From assembly GCA_964347045.1 (NCBI GenBank), contig CAYFXC010000010.1, positions 21,988 to 85,987 of the forward strand: a stretch of 64,000 nucleotides of DNA, in the 5' to 3' direction. The DNA is from an uncultured archaeon (lineage in GTDB: Archaea; Asgardarchaeota; Hermodarchaeia; Hermodarchaeales; Hermodarchaeaceae). Under the pieces are notes generated by a model. It did not search any database, was not told where the DNA came from, and saw only the letters and a program-made list of their open reading frames with translations. This document shows positions 57,108-64,000 of this stretch, piece by piece (position 1 is the first letter of the stretch; the number at the start of each line of letters is the position of its first letter). The translations under genes were made by a program, and so were the position numbers.

Positions 57108-57854
57108 TTGGGAAGGGAATATGAAGAAGCACGGGTGATTAAGCCTCCCGGCGAAAAGATCACCAGTGGCCGAGTGTTTAGACCTTCGAAAGCTCTGCGG
57201 AACAAGATGTGGCTTCAACAAGTTATCCTAGCGCTATTCATCTACATACTATTCTTAGTATTTGTTGGAGGAATTGGTTCAATTATTAGTCTAGATGATC
57301 CAAGTGCATTTCTGTGGCTTGTAGCTTGGTGGGTGCCACTGAATATTGGAATGTGGATATTTAACCTAATTTGGCTGATTCCAGCTTGGATTCTAACGCC
57401 CCTCTATGTAGGAAGAATTGAATATTCGGTAATTGCTAAGTCAGGTGAAACAATGCCTGAGGTTTATGTCCGGAAAGGTATTATTAGCATTACACGAAAG
57501 CATGTACCCTTCCGAACTATCACTAATATCAGCACTACTGCAGGACCTTTCGACCGGATTTTTGGTATTGGTAATGTTAATATCGAAACGGCTGGATATT
57601 CTGGGCAAAAATCAGGTCCCGAAGAAAAATTAGAAGGTTTTGAATTTTATGAGGAGTTGCGTGATTTCATTCTTCAAGAATTGCGAAAGTTCCGAGCACC
57701 ATACACGATTGGTACTGAAGTCGTGAGTCCCCGGGAGGAACCAATACCAAAACTCCCTGACACATTGGACGATGAAATTCTTCTGACTCTTCGGGAAATC
57801 CGTGAAATCCTTTCGGAAATCGCTCGAAAACTCGAAAAAGCAAAACGCGATTAA
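57108..57854 (+). CDS. membrane protein with a bacterial-type PH (bPH_2/YdbS-like) domain
   Basis: It has two TM helices followed by 'VRKGIISITRKHVPFRTITNISTTAGPFDRIFGIGNVNIETAG'. The TTG start directly follows the upstream stop codon. Confidence 0.7.
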   Translation: MGREYEEARVIKPPGEKITSGRVFRPSKALRNKMWLQQVILALFIYILFLVFVGGIGSIISLDDPSAFLWLVAWWVPLNIGMWIFNLIWLIPAWILTPLYVGRIEYSVIAKSGETMPEVYVRKGIISITRKHVPFRTITNISTTAGPFDRIFGIGNVNIETAGYSGQKSGPEEKLEGFEFYEELRDFILQELRKFRAPYTIGTEVVSPREEPIPKLPDTLDDEILLTLREIREILSEIARKLEKAKRD

Positions 57855-57864
57855 ATCTAAACAG

Positions 57865-57898
57865 GAGGAAGAGTAGAATCTTCCTCTCCCTCTTTTTT
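57865..57898 (+). terminator. intrinsic-terminator-like hairpin plus T-run
   Basis: GAGGAAGA (57865-57872) pairs with TCTTCCTC (57879-57886) around a 6-nt loop. 'CTCTTTTTTATT' follows. Confidence 0.55.
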
Positions 57899-58118
57899 AT
57901 TCTCAACTAAATGAATTAAACATCAACCTGATGTCACACGAGTTGACCAATGAAAACTTGCTTTTCGTACTTGACAAATTAGAAAAAATGAATTTCTATT
58001 TCTAAGAAAAACTTATTAAAAATTCTTAATTTTCGTCATCTATGGAGCTTTCTTAAGGGTACTTCTTGAAAGTCTTTGTTTGGAAAATTTAGATTTACTG
58101 GCAGGGGTGGCTAATTAG

Positions 58119-58967
58119 ATGATTCATCATGTCTTCATTATTGATGCGCGAGAAATGATTGTCGTGCAGAAGAAGTTTTGGATCATCGATGTGGATAAAC
58201 AAGAAATGCAGCAATTTGCAACCCGTGTAAAAGCTAGTCAAATGGTTCAAATTGAAGTAATTGGTTCAACGAAATATATTGGACAGCCACTTGGACGTGG
58301 AGTCGTTGTTCTCTGTGCCGAGCCCGTTGATGAAGACACCACTCTTCTAGAAAGAATTGATAAAGTAACTTTTGAGTTTCGGCGGGTCATTTGCCACGAA
58401 GAAGATTTTGAAGCATTCATGATGAAAGTTGACAAATATGTAACAACGAAGCTCAAAATAAGTTTGTTGGGTTATGGCGGTGTCGGAAAAACAACAATGC
58501 TTCATTTGCTTAATGGGGGTGAACCACCCCAAACGTATATTCCGACCATTGGAATTGATATCCAAAAAGTCGAAGGGGCTCGCATTGGCACCTACGAACT
58601 ACTGGTGTGGGACTTTGCAGGACAAGACCGTTTTCGAAAATTGTGGAAGATGCTGTTTTCTCGGAGCCGTATTGTATTTCTAGTCACTGACTCAACATTA
58701 GAAAATGTGCTGCAAAGTAAGGACATTATCACCTTTCTCCATGAACAAGGCTTGTCCAGTGAAATCATTATCATTGCCAATAAACAGGATTTGAATGGAG
58801 CTCTTCAACCGCATCTCGTCCAGCGGCTTCTAGGCGTGAGAACATTTGGGCTCATTGCTATTGATCCCAATGACCGACAAAAAGCCCTTGATATAATTCA
58901 TAAAAGTCTGGAACAAACAGTGGACTGGGATCAATTAGAGGTCGATACCATTGATTTTCTACCCTAA
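58119..58967 (+). CDS. longin-like N-terminal domain fused to a Ras-superfamily (Arf/Rab-like) small GTPase
   Basis: G1 'GYGGVGKTT', switch I 'YIPTIGID', G3 'WDFAGQDRF' and G4 'NKQD' are present. The N-terminal ~110 aa has a beta-beta-alpha-beta-beta-beta-alpha-alpha residue pattern. Confidence 0.8.
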   Translation: MIHHVFIIDAREMIVVQKKFWIIDVDKQEMQQFATRVKASQMVQIEVIGSTKYIGQPLGRGVVVLCAEPVDEDTTLLERIDKVTFEFRRVICHEEDFEAFMMKVDKYVTTKLKISLLGYGGVGKTTMLHLLNGGEPPQTYIPTIGIDIQKVEGARIGTYELLVWDFAGQDRFRKLWKMLFSRSRIVFLVTDSTLENVLQSKDIITFLHEQGLSSEIIIIANKQDLNGALQPHLVQRLLGVRTFGLIAIDPNDRQKALDIIHKSLEQTVDWDQLEVDTIDFLP

Positions 58968-59060
58968 ACAGAAGAGGAGTCATTAAACTAATTCTATTTG
59001 CCAAGAAATGTTTGTAAGGGCAGCGCATTTAATTAGGCTCAGCTCTGTCAAAGTTATCAA

Positions 59061-59939
59061 ATGACAGATATGGGAACTCAGACAGATACATTAGTAAAAT
59101 CCCATTCAGGGAAATACTTAGTAAGTAAAGTACAAACTACTGAGAATCTCCGAACGGACATTGAGAAAGCTGTCGAACTCATCGGCGGATTCGACCAACT
59201 CATTCAGCCCGGCGATTTGGTCACCATCAAACCAAACCTAAATACGGCTGATCCCTATCCCGCCTCCAGTGATGCGAATTTTATTCAAGCCTTGGGTGAA
59301 ACCTTGCTTGCGGCAGGGGCAGGAAAACTCCAGATAATGGATGCATCAACGCAACGCGTCTGCACACGAGATGTGGGCGAAGAGATTGGGCTCTGTGATG
59401 TCGCCATAGATTTGAACGCGGATTTCATATCCTTAGATGAACATCCCTGGATAAAGCAATCCTTTCCACAAGGTACATACCTGAAAAGTGGACATATTGG
59501 TGAACCAGCTTTAAACCTTGGTAAGCTGGTCATAGCACCCTGTTTGAAAACCCATTTCTTCGCGAAATTCACGGCAAGCATGAAAGTGATGATGGGATTA
59601 CTGAAACGCGAAGACCGCTTGAAAATGCACATGCGAAAACTCGAATACAAGATTGCTGATCTTGCCTCCTACTTCCAACCCACCCTTGTTGTTATGGATG
59701 CACGAAAAGTCTTTGTGACAAAAGGTCCCGTTTCAGGGCAAATTGAGACACCAAATGTCATTATGGCCAGCCACGACATGGTGGCCATCGATGTTGAAGG
59801 TGTTCGAATTCTCAAAAGCTATAACGCTAAAAACAAACTCAATGAACCCGTTTGGGAGTTAGGTCAAATAGCCCGTGCTAAAGAAATCGGTATGGGCGCT
59901 AAAAGTGATGATGAAATTCAAGTTATCGAAGCTCCATAA
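59061..59939 (+). CDS. DUF362-domain protein
   Basis: 'GDLVTIKPNLNTADPYPASSDANFIQALGETLLAAGA' resembles the DUF362 N-terminal block. 292 aa. Confidence 0.5.
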   Translation: MTDMGTQTDTLVKSHSGKYLVSKVQTTENLRTDIEKAVELIGGFDQLIQPGDLVTIKPNLNTADPYPASSDANFIQALGETLLAAGAGKLQIMDASTQRVCTRDVGEEIGLCDVAIDLNADFISLDEHPWIKQSFPQGTYLKSGHIGEPALNLGKLVIAPCLKTHFFAKFTASMKVMMGLLKREDRLKMHMRKLEYKIADLASYFQPTLVVMDARKVFVTKGPVSGQIETPNVIMASHDMVAIDVEGVRILKSYNAKNKLNEPVWELGQIARAKEIGMGAKSDDEIQVIEAP

Positions 59940-60125
59940 ATGATTAACTAGCTTATTCTTGATGAATGAGGAGTAGAAGCTCGATTCCAATAATAAAAGG
60001 CAATTTTGGCTTTGACGTCCTCTTATTCTTTCTTCATTTTTGGATGAACAGTTAAATCCTGAACGATAAAGCGATTGAGTGGCCTTGTGAACTGAAATAG
60101 TGCTTCATACATTACTTTGACCAGT

Positions 60126-60623
60126 TCATCTTCCACGGCTAGGTTTAGATTCTAGTGGAGACACTTTGAGAATGTCATCGTAGTGTCTATCACGAATTTT
60201 ATTAAGAACAACAAAAGACCGTGTTTTTTCTATGAAATCTTGGTTACGGATTTGTTCGATGATTTCTTCGAAACAACGGATATCTTGGCAGATTATTTTA
60301 ATGATAAGATCGAATTCACCAGTTACCGTATAGATTTCAACAATATTTTCGATTTTCCGAAGAGCTTTCGCCACTTCGGGTCCAGGCATTCGTCCTGCAT
60401 TGACACCCATTAAGACCATGATCGGATTATCAGCTTTCTCATAGTCAATGTTAACAGTGAATCGTTGAATAACGCCAGCTTTCAAAAGGCTCTCGATGCG
60501 GCGACGAACCACGGATTCAGAGAGTCCAAGGATTCGGGCGAGTTGAGCCACGGGTTGTCGGGCATCACGTACAAGATGACGGAGGATGCGTCGGTTCGTT
60601 TGATCAAGACTGAATTGTATCAT
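60126..60623 (-). CDS. Lrp/AsnC-family transcriptional regulator
   Basis: The HTH is 'LDQTNRRILRHLVRDARQPVAQLARILGLSESVVRRRIESL' and there is a RAM-like C-terminal domain. The start is taken at the Met of 'MIQFSLD'. Confidence 0.85.
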   Translation of the reverse strand: MIQFSLDQTNRRILRHLVRDARQPVAQLARILGLSESVVRRRIESLLKAGVIQRFTVNIDYEKADNPIMVLMGVNAGRMPGPEVAKALRKIENIVEIYTVTGEFDLIIKIICQDIRCFEEIIEQIRNQDFIEKTRSFVVLNKIRDRHYDDILKVSPLESKPSRGR

Positions 60624-60798
60624 TGTGTCACGTCCGTAACACTTTAATGGTGATTTCTGATGACTCAAAATTTGATGTTTTTGAGCACATTCTAGCCTGT
60701 TTCAATCATTTCTTTAAAAAGTGCTGGTGGTTCCATTAATATTTTAATGATTTATTGGCGGATTCTTATTATCCCTTATATAGTACCGGTGGATTCCA

Positions 60799-61686
60799 AT
60801 GATAAAGGATCCAGTTGTATACATTGATGGTGAGTTCATACCAAGTCAGGAGGCGAAGATCTCCGTTTTTGACCATGGACTTCTATATGGTGATGGCATC
60901 TTTGAAGGCATCCGAATCTATGATGGTGTGGTCTTCAAACTTGATGCTCACTTGGATCGACTGTATCAAAGTGCAAAAGCCATGTGGTTAACGATTCCCT
61001 TGAATAAAGTTGAAATGAAAGATGCCATTTTGGAAACGGTACGGCGGAATGGGTATCAGGATTCCTATATTCGATTGTTGGTGACTCGAGGAAAAGGCGA
61101 TTTGGGTATGAACCCAAAGAAGTGCCCAAAGGCTTCTGTGGTGATTATTAACATTCAGGTCGAGCCAATGCATGGCCATGGTTCGAAAAATGGCATTTCT
61201 ACAATTATTGCCAGTATTCGAAGGCAAACTCCCGATTCGACAAGTCACGAAATCAAGTCATTAAATTACTTAAACAGCGTCCTTGCAACGCTAGAGGCAA
61301 ATCGACAGGGCGTTGATGATGCAATTATTTTGGATCAACGTGGTTTTGTAGCAGAGGCAACAGGGACCACGCTAGTTGCGGTTTGGGATGGGATGTTACA
61401 TGCACCACCCCTGACAGCAAGTATTTTGAATAGCATAACTCGTCGTTTTGTTTTAGACATGGCTCACGATTTGGGATATCAAGTTCATGAAACAGACATG
61501 ACACCTTTCCAGCTATTAATGGCACAAGAAGTGTTTCTCTGTGGAACTATGGGCGAAATAACCCCGGTACAAAGTATCAATGGTCAACAAGTTGGGGCTA
61601 AAACACCTGGTCCAATTACTCAACACTTACTCACTGAATATGAAAAGCGGAGAAAAGACCCGAAAAATGGTACACCTATTGCTTAG
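60799..61686 (+). CDS. ilvE: branched-chain amino-acid aminotransferase (class IV)
   Basis: 'HGLLYGDGIFEGIR', 'YIRLLVTRG' and 'IKSLNYLNSVLA' are present. 295 aa. Confidence 0.9.
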   Translation: MIKDPVVYIDGEFIPSQEAKISVFDHGLLYGDGIFEGIRIYDGVVFKLDAHLDRLYQSAKAMWLTIPLNKVEMKDAILETVRRNGYQDSYIRLLVTRGKGDLGMNPKKCPKASVVIINIQVEPMHGHGSKNGISTIIASIRRQTPDSTSHEIKSLNYLNSVLATLEANRQGVDDAIILDQRGFVAEATGTTLVAVWDGMLHAPPLTASILNSITRRFVLDMAHDLGYQVHETDMTPFQLLMAQEVFLCGTMGEITPVQSINGQQVGAKTPGPITQHLLTEYEKRRKDPKNGTPIA

Positions 61687-61728
61687 AAATCAGTTGTTTC
61701 TATTTTCGAAACATCACTCATTGAGCAA

Positions 61729-63180
61729 CTAGATAGGTACAATAGTACCTTTCAAGGTTGATGAGACCGGACTGTGTTTTTGAATAAATTGTTTGAGCGC
61801 ATCAATTGCGGTAAGGTGCAAGTCACGTCGGTTTGTCCCGTAATGAGCGGGAATACTCTGGACGGTAAGGAAGCATGCACGATAAGTTTTCGAAAGGTCT
61901 ATTGGGTGTCCGCCGATGAAGAATTCGTGGATACGTTTACGGTAGGGATTTTCAATTTTGAAGTAAATGGTAAGACCAAGACAGCGTTTTACATAGCCGC
62001 CCAGTTGACGATAGGGGTCGCGGGAATAGGTATTTTCTAGGTTGTCTTCCATCATTTGCCAAAGTTCTTTACCAGTGATTTCGCAGACAGAGATAGGCGG
62101 ATTATTGGGGATGATGTTATAGAGATCATTCATGGTAACATTTCCGGGAGGGATTGGGGCGCCAAAGCGCCAACCGTTTGAGAAAGCGAGATCGGTGCCA
62201 CTGGCATCTTGGCAGGCCTGAAGGAGTATGTTGTCCATGGTTGATTCAAGAGAACGCCATCGGGCAAGAGTGCTGCGTGTTTGTCCGACAATAGTATCGA
62301 GCATAGATCGTTCGGATTGTGAGAGAATTCCGGTAATCATATCTTGAATTGCTGGATTGGGAGTTGTGATTTCTTCTATAGAAATGAGTTTGTGGCGAAA
62401 GGTTTTGACTCGATTGTTAACGATTTTGAGGTCAAGTTTTCCAAGAAAAGAAGCGTGGCTCCCAGATTGGATTATGACGGTCCGGTTCACCACGACGGGT
62501 TGATATAAACGATTATGTGTGTGACCACTTAGGAGGACATCGATGCCATCGATTTCAGATACAAGTTTGAGATCTTGAGGATATCCCAGATGAGATAACA
62601 CAATAATAAGATCGACTCGTTCCTTGTCACGGAGATGTGTGATATAGTTGGGGAGTTCTTCATTGCCAAGAGTAAAATAGACACCGTCACTATATGAGGA
62701 GGGCATTATCTTGTCAATTATGTTTGAAGCGATTCCAATAACGCCTATATGAAGCCCTTTGCGTTCGATGATTGTGCCATGTGAAAAGATTGGAGTCTTG
62801 GTGTCTTTGGAAAAGCAGTTTATGGCTATCATAGGATAGTTAAGTTGGTGCGTTAGGTTTTGAAATTCCGCCGGACTATAGGAAAATTCCCAATGGGCTG
62901 TCATGGCATCAATTGCCATGGCGTTCAAGATAGGTACCATGGCTCTTCCATTGTTTTTCATTGCCGTGAAGGTGCCATGAAGGGTATCGCCATTGTCTAG
63001 GGTTATAACTGCATTTGGGTGCTCAACTTCGAATTGGCTGAGTAGCGTTGCCATTCGAGCAAAGCCACCTACTTTTCGCGTTGTGGGACGTCCGCTTTTC
63101 CAGAAGATTTCATGATGCGGTTCAAGGTAGCCATGAGTGTCGTTTATTTGAAGAATGGTCAAGTGACGTTCTTCTGACAT
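61729..63180 (-). CDS. bifunctional metallophosphatase/5'-nucleotidase-family protein
   Basis: 'ILQINDTHGY', 'DNGDTLHG', 'SHLG' and 'LSGHTHN' are present, with a C-terminal 5'-nucleotidase substrate domain. The start is taken at the Met of 'MSEERHL', although the ORF is open to 63330. Confidence 0.85.
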   Translation of the reverse strand: MSEERHLTILQINDTHGYLEPHHEIFWKSGRPTTRKVGGFARMATLLSQFEVEHPNAVITLDNGDTLHGTFTAMKNNGRAMVPILNAMAIDAMTAHWEFSYSPAEFQNLTHQLNYPMIAINCFSKDTKTPIFSHGTIIERKGLHIGVIGIASNIIDKIMPSSYSDGVYFTLGNEELPNYITHLRDKERVDLIIVLSHLGYPQDLKLVSEIDGIDVLLSGHTHNRLYQPVVVNRTVIIQSGSHASFLGKLDLKIVNNRVKTFRHKLISIEEITTPNPAIQDMITGILSQSERSMLDTIVGQTRSTLARWRSLESTMDNILLQACQDASGTDLAFSNGWRFGAPIPPGNVTMNDLYNIIPNNPPISVCEITGKELWQMMEDNLENTYSRDPYRQLGGYVKRCLGLTIYFKIENPYRKRIHEFFIGGHPIDLSKTYRACFLTVQSIPAHYGTNRRDLHLTAIDALKQFIQKHSPVSSTLKGTIVPI

Positions 63181-63700
63181 ATAGGAAGCCACTCCTGTTA
63201 ACCCATAATATCCAAATGCTATTGATGTATCAACTTTGGAGCACTTGAGGTTTCCGATATAAACCATGTTAGTAAACGAATGTTGAACTGCTGGTTGTTT
63301 CAACATAACCTGGATTTTACAGTTATGCACCTGAAGTTTGTATGAATCGACTGAGAATAAAGGATAGAAGAAACGCCCAGCGACGCGTCCGTAATATATC
63401 AGCGTCTCTGAAAAGCCGTTCTTTGGCGCTCAGACGTACTCTAAAGGCGTCAACTTTATAGATGCTCATTGGATGACTGGATAGAAAACCACACTTTGCA
63501 TTGATGTAGGCTTGCTAACGGATGAAAGTGACTTATCTCTTTGCATCCATCTCATCGAGTATCAGTTTATCTCTTAGCTTTACTACTATTATGCTGATGA
63601 ATAGAATATTCTTCCAAGATCTCTTAATCAGGTCAATCAGAGAAATGTAGGCAGTTCCGGTTAGAACACTAAACAAATAATTACCGGAATGAATTATTTT

Positions 63701-64000
63701 ATGGAATATCTAAAGGGTGTACATTCAATGCGGGTAAAAGCCTTGGTAGCGGGACTCACTGAGTTGGTTGAAGAACTTAGTGTGGAAGGCTGGCATGAAT
63801 TTCGTACACTTGATCGGACACGAATCGATTTTGCTATCACTAAAGGTTCTCAAAGGTTACTCGCCGTAGAATTTGAACGTTCCAGGAAATGGCTGTTTGC
63901 GCGAGTGCTTTATAATGCGATAAAAGCGCAGCGTGCGGAGTTTCCAGCCATTCTGTTTGTATATCCTTTTTATGATCTTCCTCGTGCAGGTCGTTCATGG
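63701..64000 (+). CDS. hypothetical protein, N-terminal fragment (runs off the window end)
   Basis: I translated it by hand: MEYLKGVHSMRVKALVAGLTELVEELSVEGWHEFRTLDRTRIDFAITKGSQRLLAVEFERSRKWLFARVLYNAIKAQRAEFPAILFVYPFYDLPRAGRSW. There is no stop before 64000. I recognised no family. Confidence 0.4.
   Translation, partial: MEYLKGVHSMRVKALVAGLTELVEELSVEGWHEFRTLDRTRIDFAITKGSQRLLAVEFERSRKWLFARVLYNAIKAQRAEFPAILFVYPFYDLPRAGRSW

Noticed and set aside
63323-63469. ~48-aa minus-strand ORF upstream of the 5'-nucleotidase gene
   Set aside because: It has no RBS or motif, and it overlaps the alternative long N-terminus of the nucleotidase ORF.
1-64000. Scan for tRNA/rRNA genes, CRISPR repeats, transposase/integrase genes and long terminal inverted repeats
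   Set aside because: I found none by eye: no T-loop-like GTTCRAATC in a GC-rich ~75-nt context, no regularly spaced direct repeats, and no DDE or tyrosine-recombinase-like ORFs. tRNAscan-SE, Infernal and a CRISPR finder should confirm this.

Overview
This 64-kb window reads as a gene-dense chromosomal segment of an AT-rich archaeon. I made about 60 protein-coding calls. By eye I recognised no rRNA, tRNA, CRISPR array, transposase or integrase.

An archaeal origin is an inference. It rests on an ADP-forming acetyl-CoA synthetase-type subunit, TrmB- and Lrp-type regulators, and TATA-like 'AAAAATTTATA' elements directly upstream of two genes. Two eukaryote-signature-like proteins suggest, but do not prove, an Asgard-type lineage.

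The content is mostly housekeeping and metabolic:
- **RNA and nucleotide metabolism:** thiI, adenine deaminase.
- **Transport:** two tandem ArsB/NhaD-type permeases, two MFS transporters.
- **Iron uptake:** a dtxR-feoB operon.
- **Redox and stress:** a thioredoxin cluster, a bacterial-type grpE-dnaK-dnaJ operon.
- **Central metabolism:** glnA, hisC, ilvE.
- **Peptidases (unusually many):** M1, M24, M3B, M32, TldD/PmbA and a C11-like protein.

The items most worth a second look are:
1. A longin-like domain fused to an Arf/Rab-type small GTPase.
2. A membrane-anchored protein with an NZF-like zinc ribbon and a RING/PHD-like cross-brace zinc finger.
3. A clostripain-like surface protein in which both catalytic residues are replaced (His to Lys, Cys to Ser), with a cytoplasmic zinc-ribbon tail.
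4. Two translationally coupled paralogs that share an uncharacterised double zinc-ribbon module.
5. A 98-nt, 28-bp multi-helix inverted-repeat element in the likely leader of grpE-dnaK-dnaJ.
6. Unannotated small ORFs, including a 49-aa, 7-Cys protein downstream of feoB and a 48-aa basic protein with a strong Shine-Dalgarno sequence.
7. An A+C-rich compositional mini-island carrying an SCP2 gene, with a homopolymer and G-quadruplex-motif tail.

All functional calls come from reading motifs in the supplied translations. No database search was run.
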